A DNA stretch of 64,000 nt from Eledone cirrhosa (lineage: Eukaryota): the NCBI GenBank assembly GCA_964016885.1, contig OZ024741.1:206026001-206090000 (forward strand), in the 5' to 3' direction. Shown one piece after another: positions 50,147 through 62,592 of this stretch (position 1 is its first letter; each line of letters begins with the position of its first letter). The notes beneath the pieces were generated by a model, which searched no databases, had not been told where the DNA came from, and saw only the letters and a program-made list of their open reading frames with translations. A program made the position numbers and the translations under genes.

Positions 50147-51224
50147 CTGAGATGGAGGGAGGGGTATAGGTGGAAGGATTCCTTGATCAGTTTTGATATG
50201 TAGACTTTATGTCGTGGAATTCAGTGAGTTAAAGAGAATTAAATTGATCATAGTGGGAGGGATGGATAGAGAGAGAGGGGGGGGGGGAAGATATAAAGAG
50301 ATAAATATATATATAAAAAAATAAAGATAAAGATAATAATGTCAAAAATAAAAGCAAAGAAGGGGGCAGGAAAAAGAAAAGAAAAGATAGCCAAAAAGGG
50401 GAGGGAAGGAAGAAAACGAAGAAATAGAAGAGGAATGAAGGAGAAGGGAGGGATATAGGTATTGGTTTTTGTGGGTAATTAAAAGGGTTTAGATACAACA
50501 AGAGGGTATAAAGTCTAAGTATATGCAGTTTGTCAGTTGGTAGTAAGAGGTTAAGGGTTCGATTTGCACTTGTAGTGCGAAAACATCTCTTTGAGTCTAT
50601 GGTTACAATAAATTGATCTTTCGATTTTATTACACCCTGAAGTGGAAATAATTATCGAACGTGCCCCCATATCGGAGTGGTATGAGAAGCTGTCGATTAT
50701 GTGACCTTCAGCTATTCCATATTTTGAGTTCGAAGAATAAGTTACTCAACAATAAAATCGAAAGATCAATTTATTGTAACCATAGACTCAAAGAGAAGTT
50801 TTCGCACTACAAGTGCAAATCGAACCCTTAACCTCTTACTACCAACTGACAAACTGCATATACTTAGACTTTATACCCTCTTGTTGTATCTAAACCCTTT
50901 TAAATACCCACAAAAACCAATACCTATATCCCTCCCTTCTCCTTCATTCCTCTACTATTTCTTCGTTTTCTTCCTTTCTTCCCTCCCTTTTTTGGTTATC
51001 TTTTCTTTTCTTATTTCTCCCCGCTTCTTTGCTTTTATTTTTGTCATTATTATCTTTATCTTTATTTTTATATATATATCTCCCCCTCCCCCTCTCTCTC
51101 TCTATCCCTCCCTCCCACTATGATCAACTTAATTCTCTTTAACTCACTACATTCCATGACATGAAGTCTACATATCAAAACTGATCAAGGAATCCTTCCA
51201 CCTATACTCCTCCCTCCATCTCAG
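50147..51224. repeat. fold-back with arms of about 480 bp
   Basis: 50147-50631 is the reverse complement of 50751-51224. Mirror ORFs 50229-50501(-) and 50881-51123(+) reflect this. Confidence 0.9.
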
Positions 51225-51532
51225 TTTGTCACTCTACTTCCTAACTCTTCTCCCTTCCTCTCTCTCTCTATACTATTCCGTTTGTCCCCTCACCTTCTAA
51301 TTCCTCTCTCTCTATACTAGTAAATACAATTCCAAAAAAATGTTTTTCTCTATATATGAAGAACTATTTCAAGAGTTACTTACTCACTATTTTGAAGATG
51401 TGGACTGTGAACAACAATTATAATTGAGGGGCTGCTATTTGCAGTATAGCAATATAAGGTTGCACTTACCAATGAAACGGTCTACCTGGATAAAATCTTT
51501 CTCTTAATGCTTACCTGTGTTTTTTTTTATAC

Positions 51533-51662
51533 TATATATATATATGTATATATATAGATGTGTATATATATACATATATATATATATATATGTATATATA
51601 TATGTATATATATATATATGTATATATATATATGTATATATATATATGTGTATATATATATG

Positions 51663-51709
<47 letters not shown>

Positions 51710-51775
51710 GTATATATATCTATATATATATGTATATATATGTATATATATATATGTGTATATATATATATGTGT

Positions 51776-51809
<34 letters not shown>

Positions 51810-51814
51810 GTATG

Positions 51815-51896
<82 letters not shown>

Positions 51897-51933
51897 CATA
51901 TATATATACATATATATATACATATATATATAC

Positions 51934-51984
<51 letters not shown>

Positions 51985-51987
51985 CAC

Positions 51988-52039
<52 letters not shown>

Positions 52040-52040
52040 G

Positions 52041-52115
<75 letters not shown>
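51533..52115. repeat. (TA)n/(TATG)n microsatellite
   Basis: Directly visible. Confidence 0.95.
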
Positions 52116-52119
<4 letters not shown>

Positions 52120-52298
52120 TAAAGTTAAATAAAAGTCAAATGATTAAAATTTAGCTTCGTTTATTACTGCTATATATATTTCAATGACAGCCATATTAGT
52201 ATGGTATAGATAAGTATATATATTGTTGAGGTGTATAATATTGTCAATACTCTGATATGCCCAGTTCCTTGTTGGGTTGTTATTTCACTGAGGAACTC

Positions 52299-52372
<74 letters not shown>

Positions 52373-52375
<3 letters not shown>

Positions 52376-53245
52376 TCGTAGTGGACTATTGTATGCGCCT
52401 TGGACTGGAGAAACACCAGGACTCCGGCTTTACTGTAGCACCGGCTCAGAGCAGGAGAGTTAGGGCGAAAAAGGTATCGGATGCTGAATTTGCCGACGAC
52501 ATAGTTTTGGTGACAAATACAGTGAAGGAGGCAGAGGATTTGATGCGGGAGGTTGAGACTGTGTCGATGAGTGTGGGGCTGAGAAAGAATGAGACTAAAA
52601 CAAAATATCTGGTAGAGAATGTTGAGAAGCCAGAGGGGATCACTAATGTAGGTGGGAAGCCGCTAGAATTGGTTGAGGGCTTCCTGTATTTGGGAGCAAA
52701 GATTGGGAATACGGAAGATGATGTGGTTGAGAGGAAGAGCAAGGCCTGGGCGGCGTGCCACAGCTTGACATCGGTGTGGAAGTCAGACCTTCGTAGAGAC
52801 CTGAAAATCCGCCTCTTCATTTCTGTAGTGGAGTCTGTGCTGCTGTAAGGGTCTGAGACTTGGACACTGACCAAGAAACTCACTCAGATGGTGGATGGGT
52901 GCTACACGAGAATGCTGAGGATGGCTCTGAACATTAATCAGTATACACTGAGGATGAAAAACTCAGAGCTATATGTGAGCCTCACAAAAGTCAGCTCAAA
53001 AGTGACACAGAGGAGACCGAGGTTAGCTGGACATACTCACCGACATCCAGAGTTGACATTGCACTCAGTGCTCCTTTGGGAGCCCTTACATAGACACACT
53101 AGAAGAGGTAGACCAAGGTTAACGTATGTTGATGCCCTAAGGACAGACACTGGTCTGTTGGAGACGCAGGACATGGCAGCGATAATGAGGGACAGAAACC
53201 GCTGGAGAGAACCCGTCCATGGATCTCGGGAATTTTAGCCGCCTT

Positions 53246-53246
<1 letters not shown>
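52373..53246 (+). mobile_element. RTE-type LINE 3' fragment
   Basis: EFADDIVL, FLYLGA, LKIRLF..VESVLL*GSETWTL, RLAGH, LLWEP, RRGRP. Flanked by (TA)n on both sides. Confidence 0.85.
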
Positions 53247-53337
<91 letters not shown>

Positions 53338-53362
53338 GTATATATATGTATATATCTATATA

Positions 53363-53521
<159 letters not shown>

Positions 53522-53537
53522 TAAAATAACAGATTAA

Positions 53538-53588
53538 AGTTTAAGCAAAGAATCGCTGCTTTCACCCTTAACGGGATCTTCTGAAACT
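53538..53588 (-). ncRNA. variant hammerhead (CAGAAGA core, family E)
   Basis: Reverse complement of 55946-55996. Confidence 0.6.
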
Positions 53589-53919
53589 AACAAAGTCAAT
53601 CTGTAAACGCAGAACTGGATATTTCAAAAAACGTTGCAACCGGAGGAAGACAGGAAGACGATACTTTGGTTCATTGTGACGTTCGCTGGCAAAGAACGGG
53701 AAACAAAACGAATAATACGTCATTAATAGGAGCGGTGAAAAACAATTACGTGCAAGGACAGAACCACGTTTATGGTATAAAAGAGGTCGTAGACTAATGT
53801 TCTCTAAGTGGTGCATAGAGACGTTCTCTGGCAATGAACGAAAAAACGAAGATAGTAAGTCATATGTGGAGCGTGGAGAACAATAGCGTGCAAAGACAAA
53901 ACCCAACGCGGGCGGTGGT

Positions 53920-55018
53920 TTGTACCGTGACGATGGCCTTTTGACCATGACTAAGTGCGGACCTCGTGCTTGCGACAGATTCAGAAAAGAACTCACAGCC
54001 TTCTTTAAAGGCTTCAACCTCTCTATACAGGTTGAGGCCAATCTCTCGGTCGTTAATTACCTCGACGTTACCCTCAATTTATTGAATGGGTTGCATTACC
54101 CGTATAGAAAGCCGAATGATACGCTTAATTACATAAGTAAGCATTCCAACCATCCTGCCAGCATAACCAAGAACCTGGTAAAAAAACGTTTCGTTGAGGC
54201 TTTCCCGTCTTTCCACCAACGAGCGCATTTTCAACGACCATTCCACTTATTACAATGAAGCTCTTGCTCGAAGTGGATTTGTCGATAAGGTAGCATATAC
54301 AGAGTACGAGAATAGACCTAGAAGAAATAGATCCCGTCGCATTTGTTGGTTTAACCCACCATATAATATGGAGGTGGCCACACCATTAGCTAAGATCTTT
54401 CTTTCCCTTATTACGAAGCATTTTCCCCCTACACATAAATATAGTAAAATTTTTAATAGAAACACTATTAAAATTTCTTACTCAACGACTCTTAACCTTG
54501 CACATAACATCACAGCTTCAAATTTAGCTAAAATACCTAGCCTTAGGAACACGTGCCACCCTGTAGTTAGTACTAACTGTAATTGTAGGAATCGGGCTGA
54601 TTGTCCCCTATCCGGGAAATGCCTCTCTAGTAACATTGTCTACAAATGTAAGGTTGTAACACCCACGTCCCGTAGGGCCTACATAGGGTTAACCGCCAAT
54701 AGTTTCAAGCAGCGTCTTTACATGCATACCCATTCTTTTCGTTACCCTCTAAGAAGGAATATGACGTCACTTTCAGCTTATATCTGGAGTCTAAAAGACA
54801 ACCACACCCAATATAAGTTACACTGGGAGATCCTAGCTAGGGCTAGATCGTATAACGGAAATAAAAGACCATGTGACCTCTGCGCCGCCGAGGCCCTGGA
54901 AATACTCTACGCCACAGACCACATCTTAAACAAAAAATCTGAGGCAATTTCGGCTTGTAAACATAAATTGCACAAAACTTTCCTGTATTACAGCCCTACG
55001 TTATACCCTAACGGTTAG
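53920..55018 (+). pseudogene. PLE RT C-terminus + GIY-YIG endonuclease (frameshift near 54185)
   Basis: WFNPPY, CNCRNRADCPL, IVYKC, YIGLTANSFKQRLYMH, CDLCAAE, LNKKSE. Confidence 0.9.
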
Positions 55019-55945
55019 CACGATCTATACGTGGATATTTTCGTCTTGATGTGGGAGCTAAGTATATGTTTTGTTTATTCCTTTACTTTTTGCATAGGTA
55101 AGTATATATTACCCGTATGTTTTGTGAAGGTATGTATACCTTCTCGTACGTATATTTGACTGTTTTGGCGTATAATTTTTACATATTCTGGTATTTAGGG
55201 CTTGGTTATGTGTATATGGGAGTTTTGCGTCTGCGTGAGTATGCAGATTCGTACGTATGGTGGGTGTGTGTATATGTGTACTTCTTGTTTTAGTTGACTT
55301 ACGTCTCCGAACCTTCATGTATTTATTTGTAGGTATGTGTGTGCGCTTGTTATATACGTATTTATTTACTTATATACGTTTATATAATTATTTATTTATT
55401 TGTACACAAGCATACACACATACACATATTTATATGTGCGTGGTTTTGTATACCTATGGTAAGGTTTTGCGTAAGCTTGTGTATGTACGTATCTGTTTGC
55501 GTGTATGTATTTATTTGTTCCTATTACTTCTGTAATGTATTTATTTACTTTGTTCTGAACTCTGTAGCGGAGATTCATTCGGTCTCCTAGTTAGAATTTT
55601 AGTCTACGACTTCTGCTATACCATTTACGTGGTTTTGTCTTTGCACGCTATTGTTCTCCACGCTCCACATATGACTTATTATCTTCGTTTTTTCGTTCAT
55701 TGCCACAGAACGTCTCTATGCACCACTTAGAGAACATTAGTCTACGACCTCTTTTATACCATAAACGTGGTTCTGTCCTTGCACGTAATTGTTTTTCACC
55801 GCTCCTATTAATGACGTATTATTCGTTTTTTTTCCCGTTCTTTGCCAGCGAACGTCACCATGAACCAAAGTATCGTCTTCCTGTCTTCCTCCGGTTGCAA
55901 CGTTTTTTGAAATATCCAGTTCTGCGTTTACAGATTGACTTTGTT

Positions 55946-55996
55946 AGTTTCAGAAGATCCCGTTAAGGGTGAAAGCAGCGATTCTTTGCTTAAACT
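55946..55996 (+). ncRNA. variant hammerhead (CAGAAGA core, family E)
   Basis: AGTTT CAGAAGA T CCC-GTTAA-GGG T GAAA GCA..TGC TT|AAACT. All three stems pair. Confidence 0.6.
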
Positions 55997-56102
55997 TTAA
56001 TCTGTTATTTTAATAAATATTTGCTCTTCGGTTCTTATATATTTGATATATATTTTCCTTATCGAGCCCTCTCTGGATTTTAGTCTTCAATTTTATTATT
56101 AT

Positions 56103-56146
<44 letters not shown>

Positions 56147-56230
56147 AAAAGTTAAATTAAGTTAAGGGTGCCATGTCAGAGAGATATGCGCCATATCCAC
56201 TGTAAAATATGCTCCAAGATTCCAATGAAT

Positions 56231-56578
56231 AGATCCGAGCGTTTTATATCAACTAGAAATTGATTGACATATATATATATCTAAAATAAATAAATGAAAC
56301 AATCACAGGGGATAATTTATAGAAGTGTGTAAGCACACACAGCTATGTGGGTAACTAATTAGAGTTTAACTTGAACTTCAAAAATAGATACCTTATAAAT
56401 TGATTAATCAATTTATAAGGTATCTATTTTTGAAGTTCTAGTTAAACTTGAATTAGTTACCCACATAGCCGTGTGTGCTTACACAATTTTACAAATTATC
56501 CCCTGTGATTGTTTCATTTGTTTAATTTAGATATATATATGTCAATCAATTTCTAGTTGATATAAAATGCTCGGATCT
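56231..56578. repeat. spacer-less palindrome of about 348 bp
   Basis: Centred on TTGATT|AATCAA at 56405/56406. Confidence 0.92.
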
Positions 56579-56605
56579 CTCTCTATATATATGGATATGT
56601 ATATG

Positions 56606-56643
<38 letters not shown>

Positions 56644-56692
56644 AAGAATGAAGAGTAACATGGTTGGCTGTACAATAAGTACTTTATTTAAA

Positions 56693-56806
56693 GTACTGAC
56701 AATTGTTTCGTTAATCAGGTGAGTCTAGAGTTCGCTAATCGCTTGAGGTTCGCTAATCATTCGATCTCCAATACATTATTTACCTCTGGTCAACACATCA
56801 GAGTAC
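56693..56806 (-). ncRNA. type I hammerhead with long stem II (CUGAUGU core, family F)
   Basis: GUACU CUGAUGU GUUGACCAG..CUGAUUAAC GAAA CAAUUG UC|AGUAC. Confidence 0.65.
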
Positions 56807-56853
56807 GTAGATATATATATTGGAAAATGTGTGAGATCCTTGGCACAGTTAGG

Positions 56854-57017
56854 TATATTTGAAAAAAAGGAAAAGAATGACTTCACTTGTAGTGCTAAAT
56901 AATTTGATTTAATTTTATAATATTATAAATAGATCTTCCAACTCATAACATTATAATATCATAAAATTAAATCAAATTATTTAGCACTACAAGTGAAGAT
57001 ATTCTTTTCCTTTTTTT

Positions 57018-57025
<8 letters not shown>
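56854..57025. repeat. imperfect palindrome of about 170 bp
   Basis: TTTGAAAAAAAGGAAAAGAAT..CTTCACTTGTAGTGCTAAATAATTTG is mirrored at the right end. Confidence 0.88.
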
Positions 57026-57091
<66 letters not shown>

Positions 57092-57203
57092 TAAAAGGAA
57101 TTCCAACTTTGTCTGATTTACTCGTTTTATTTACAATCCTTTAAAATTTATAATGGTATTAGAATGAAATAGTATGGTAGAATATTAAATGTTAAGTGTT
57201 AAT

Positions 57204-57242
57204 TGAACAAGTACTTTCATGCTTTCGCAATCTTCAGGTTCA
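57204..57242 (-). ncRNA. minimal type I hammerhead (family G)
   Basis: UGAAC CUGAAGA U UGC-GAAA-GCA U GAAA GUAC UU|GUUCA. Confidence 0.78.
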
Positions 57243-59056
57243 TAATGTGTGGTGACAGTCAAGTGTGCAATTTTCAACTGTAATGAGATGGGTAAATTTT
57301 GTGCCTTATATACAGTGAAAAGTAGCTCCAGAATGCTAAATCTTGCAAACTGTATTTCGACCAATCGAATTACTAAAGCTGATTGGTTTAGGCGTCACGG
57401 TTGGTTGAGCATGTCTAACGACTACTATTTGACCCTATCCAAAGCATCAATTGTTTTGCTATTTTTAGAAATGATGAAAATAGCATTTTCTAGTAATCAT
57501 CACCATCAACATCACTTTTATTATTATTATTATTACTGTTGTTGTTGTTAGTGGTCGTAGTCGACATGGTCGTAGTCATAGTCATAGTAGGAGTAAATCC
57601 CCATTATTATTGTACATTTAGCTTGGGTTTGAATTTATCAATAAAATTCTTTTCTTTGATTTTTCTCTTGATTTCACTTGGGCTGTGTAATTTGTAGAAT
57701 GAGAATATTATAAATATTCCCTGACCACATGTTGCTAGATGGTTACTTAGGGGTATCTGACGGACATTTGGGTCTCTGATTTGCTGTCGGTGTACCCGTT
57801 CACGTTCCGATAGTACATTTCCAGTTTGACCGACAATTCGGGCATTTAATGCAGTAAATTAGATTTCTGCTTTTGCAGTTCATATTTGCAATTGGGAATA
57901 TTTTTCCAGTTTTTGTTTTTCATATATTGACCGGCGTGTATGGATTGACATGTACCACATCGACTATAATTGCATTTAGATACAGTGAATGATTGGTCTT
58001 TGTTGTTAAGGTCAAACTTTGCTTTTGTTAGTAATTGCTTCAAATTTTTCGGCTGTCTTTTACTGTGAAAGATCGATCTGTGATTAAGCCTTTTAATTCA
58101 TTACTTTGAGCAATGATCGATAGGTTTGCTTTGGCAGTGTTGAAGATATTCTGGTGACATGGGTTGTGTGTCATTATAAATGGTATGACCAGTTCTTGGT
58201 TTCTTCTTCCTTGGGTTGTCCTAAGTTGTTGTATATGTATTTTTACAAAACGCAACATCCCATACTGCCTAGCCAGAAGAATTTGTACCATTGTAGAAGA
58301 TACGAATACCAGGTACAAACGCCTAACTGAACTAAGAGAATGTTTGCTCAAACAAAAATACCCATCTCTACTTATAGAAAATGGCATACAGCGGGCTATA
58401 AAAATACATATACAACAACTTAGCACAACACAAGGAAGAAGAAACCAAGAACTGGTCATACTATTTATAATGACACACAACCCATGTCACCAGAATATCT
58501 TCAACACTGCCAAAGCAAACCTACCGATCATTGCTCAAAGTAATGAATTAAAAGTCTTAATCACAGATCGATCTTTGACGGTAAAAGACAGCCGAAAAAT
58601 TTGAAGCAAATACTAACAAAAGCAAAGTTTGACCTTAACAACAAAGACCAATCATTCACTGTATCTAAATGCAATTATAGTCGATGTGGTACATGTCAAT
58701 CCATACACGCCGGTCAATATATGAAAACAAAAACAAAAACTGGAAAAATATTCCCAAATGCAAATATGAACTGCAAAAGCAGAAATCTAATTTACTGCAT
58801 TAAATGCCCGAATTGTGAAAAATTATATGTCGGTCAAACTGGAAATGCACTATCGGAAACGTGCACGGGTACACCGACAGCAAATCAGAGACCCAAATGT
58901 CCGTCAGATACTCCTAAGTAACCATCTAGCAACATGTGGTCAGGGAATATTTATAATATTCCCATTCTACAAATTACACAGCCCAAGTGAAATCAAGAGA
59001 AAAATCAAAGAAAAGAATTTTATTGATAAATTCAAACCCAAGCTAAATGAACAATA

Positions 59057-59461
59057 ATAATTGTTTCTATTTTAGGCACAAGGCCAGCAATTACTCAGTA
59101 CATTACTGGTACTTTATTTTATCGACCCCGTAAGGATGAAAGGCAAAGTTAACCTCGGCGGGATTTGAACTCAGATCATAAAGGGACGTAACTCTATGCT
59201 TCAAAGCATGGTGTCCGACTCTCTACCGATACTGCCAATCCACCACCCTAACAACAACAATAATAATAATAATTGTTTCTACTTTTGGCACAAGGCCAGT
59301 AATTACCCAGTGCATTACTGGTACTTTATTTTATCGACCCCGTAAGGATGAAAGGCAAAGTTTACCTCGATGGGATTTGAACTCAGACGATAAAGGACTG
59401 TAACTCTATGCTGCAAAGCATGGTGTCCAACTCTCTACCGATACTGCCAATCCACCACCCT
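59057..59461 (-). mobile_element. two full-length SINEs in the right arm of the fold-back
   Basis: About 59057-59249 and 59271-59461, absent from the mirror arm. Confidence 0.88.
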
Positions 59462-59791
59462 CAATAATATCCACCACAACAATAATAATAATAATAATAA
59501 AAGAGATGTTGATGGTGATGATTACTAGAAAATGCTATTTTCATCATTTCTAAAAATAGCAAAACAATTGATGCTTTGGATAGGGTCAAACAGTAGTCGT
59601 TAGACATGCTCAACCAACCGTGACGCCTAAACCAATCAGCTTTAGTAATCCAGTGAAACTACACACCGATTGGTCGAAATACAGTTTGCAAGATTTAGCA
59701 TTCTGGAGCCACTTTTCACTGTATATAAGGCACACAATTTACCCATCTCATTACAGTTGAAAATTGCACACTTGACTGTCACCACACATTA

Positions 59792-59830
59792 TGAACCTGA
59801 AGATTGCGAAAGCATGCAAGTACTTGTTCA
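59792..59830 (+). ncRNA. hammerhead (family G), core mutated GAAA to GCAA
   Basis: TGAAC CTGAAGA TTGCGAAAGCAT GCAA GTAC TT GTTCA. Confidence 0.6.
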
Positions 59831-59981
59831 ATAAACACTTAACATTTAATATTCTACCATACTATTTCATTCTAATACCATTATAAATTTTAAAGGATTG
59901 TAAATAAAACGAGTAAATTAGACAAAGTTGGAATTCCTTTTATTAATATAATCTTCTATACACAATCATACACACCCGTGT

Positions 59982-60160
<179 letters not shown>

Positions 60161-60448
60161 TATATATATATATATTGTATATATATATATTATATATACA
60201 TACATATTACATGGATGAATGCTCCCCAGTTATATTTCTACGGAATATTCTTTTGTGTGCAAAACGATTATCATAAGAGGGCTCAATGACCAGGAAAAAT
60301 ATCAAATTTAGAGTGATGATATGTATAATGATATATAACCATAAATAATACAAAGCATTGCTTGAGAATTGAACCAAACCACGCTTTGAATTAAATAAAC
60401 ATATATGTGTATATAGATATGTATACATTCGTACATATTCACACATAC

Positions 60449-60528
<80 letters not shown>

Positions 60529-60612
60529 GAGAATGTTCAAGTTTGCTTCAAGCGCAGTTGAATATTAAAACTAGTCGTTTTGGAAGCCTCGAAGCTTCCA
60601 AAACGACTATTT

Positions 60613-60677
<65 letters not shown>

Positions 60678-60693
60678 TACATATATATGCATA

Positions 60694-60732
<39 letters not shown>

Positions 60733-60997
60733 TTATTTATTCATTTTGTACACATATTTGAAAATGTTTCAATTTTATTTATAAACGTTTTATCGTATTA
60801 TCTACATTTGTAGAGATATGTCAGAGATGTGGATGTAAATTCAATTTTCGACAATATCTTTCTTTCATATTTTTCTTGGTTTCAACTTCTGTCCTTAGAA
60901 CTCAGCGATTTAATGTCATATAAAGGTTTCAATTCTTACCAACTACATTTTCTTGTTCACGAATTTATCTTGGAGACAATTTACAACAAAATACATA

Positions 60998-61193
60998 CTA
61001 ACAAGAGGAAACATCGAGACCGACAGACTTTCTAGCCTTGTAGCTATGTACTCGGATGTAACGGCATTGGAAGGCCGAGATGAAGCTTTGACGAAAACGT
61101 TGGTTCATGAAGCAGTATGTTATTGGATTGCAACAGGATGAGCTATATGCCAACAGCTGGATGTATGATTTCGCCATACCACTTATGTAGCGT
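60998..61193 (-). CDS. exon of a class A peptide GPCR (cholecystokinin/sulfakinin-receptor-like): TM7, helix 8 and tail
   Basis: SYIQLLAYSSSCCNPITYCFMNQRFRQSF matches the CCK-receptor-type LL.Y.S.C.NPI.YCFMN.RFR..F pattern. A TTCTTCTATATTTCCAG acceptor lies immediately upstream. Earlier exons must lie beyond the window end. Confidence 0.85.
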
Positions 61194-61249
61194 CTGGAAA
61201 TATAGAAGAAATTATATGAGAGCCGTCTGAAATAAATGGTATACAAACT

Positions 61250-62292
61250 GACAGGACAAACAATAACCTAAGATCCTCCCTATCCGGCAGTGCAGACATC
61301 GCCACACATAACTGTCTAGGAGATAAAGCCATACTCTCCAACCCCAATAACGACTCCGACTATCGCACACGTTTGCGTACCAATAGAGACAAAATACATA
61401 ACGCCAATAGATTACTTGGAACCACTATGACACATACGCCTAACCAAAACACAAACAAACTACCATCCAACCACAAAAACCTCACTAAACACCGCAGAAA
61501 CCGAAGTAGACCTCTCACATGGTATAACGCCCCGTATTCTATACAGGTCGCCACTAACATAACGGGAACCTTCTTCAGGGCTCTCAAACAATCTTTTCCA
61601 TGCAAACACAAATACCACAAGCTCTTCAATAGACACACCGTAAAATTCTCTTTCTCCACACCCCCAAATCTAGGCCACACAATAGGGCAAAAATACGAAA
61701 ACACATGGTTTCCCCACAACAAACCACCACCATAACCCAGAACGAAACCACACACCCAACACAACACAACAACCCACACACCAGACCCACACCGCATGAC
61801 ACCAACCGCCAACGTGCCACCACACCGGTTACACCCAACTGCAACTGCAAAAAACGGGCCGAATGTCCACTAAACGGGGAGTGCCTCGTTAAGAATATTT
61901 TTTACCGGTGTGATGTCACAGCCGGCAATAAGGAGTACTCATATATAGGTGCGACATCCACTACGTTTAAGGAGCGCTGATATAACCACAGAGGCTCCTT
62001 CAAACATAGACTGAAACGACCCCAAACCAGACTGGCCGACTTGATCTGGGACCCCAAGGACAGGAATATTGAGCCCCAGATTTCGTGGTCAGTGAAAAGA
62101 CGCGTGGCACAAATCCCCAGTGACATAAACCACGGCAGATTATGCCTGGCTGAGGCGGCGGAAATAATTAAATTAAAATCCGCCATAAACTATAGGTCGG
62201 ACATAATTGTCAATTGCAGACACACCAGGCTGAACACCTTTTCCGCACAAACATTCGGGGGAGGGCCACGCACTAACCATGACCCACCATAA
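61250..62292 (+). mobile_element. degenerate PLE fragment in the GPCR intron
   Basis: TWYNAPYS, HKYHKLFNRHTVKFSFS, CNCKKRAECPLNGECL, IFYRC, YIGATSTTFKER, LCLAEA. Confidence 0.85.
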
Positions 62293-62592
62293 TAATAACC
62301 ACCTCTGCCCCGTATCACCATCGCCCTTCTCAACGAATTTATTAATTTTATTTTACTTTATCTTATTTTATTGTATTGCATGTAACCATCTGTAAGCCCG
62401 TATTTTGTATATCATGCCGCATACATCACCCCCACCAAAAATCACACTAACCATGACCCAGTATAATAATAACCACCTCTGCCCCGTCTCAACATCGCCC
62501 ATCTCAGCGAACTTATTTTATTGTACTGCATGTAACCATTTCTAAGCCCGTATTTTGTATATCATGCCGCATACATCACCCCCACCAAAAAT
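62270..62592 (+). repeat. tandem duplication of about 175 bp in the PLE 3' region
   Basis: CACTAACCATGACCCA...CATCACCCCCACCAAAAAT occurs twice. Confidence 0.8.

Larger units (their letters stand above)
57084..59950. mobile_element. fold-back PLE: sense 3' fragment preceded by its own inverted copy
   Basis: Arms at 57084-58245 and 58399-59950. GIY-YIG motifs NLIYCIKCPNCEKLYVGQTG, HRQQI and EKNFIDKFKPKLN. Confidence 0.9.

Noticed and set aside
51517-52132. Long YIYI-type ORFs here and at 15.6, 29.2-29.7, 43.5, 53.2 and 60 kb, plus poly-I/L/Y/S/R and HTHT ORFs elsewhere
   Set aside because: They are translations of (TA)n, (TTA)n, (TTC)n and (CA)n microsatellites, not genes.
53568-54041. 157-aa ORF mirrored by 55700-55966
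   Set aside because: It is an incidental reading frame through the inverted pLTR with no domain features.
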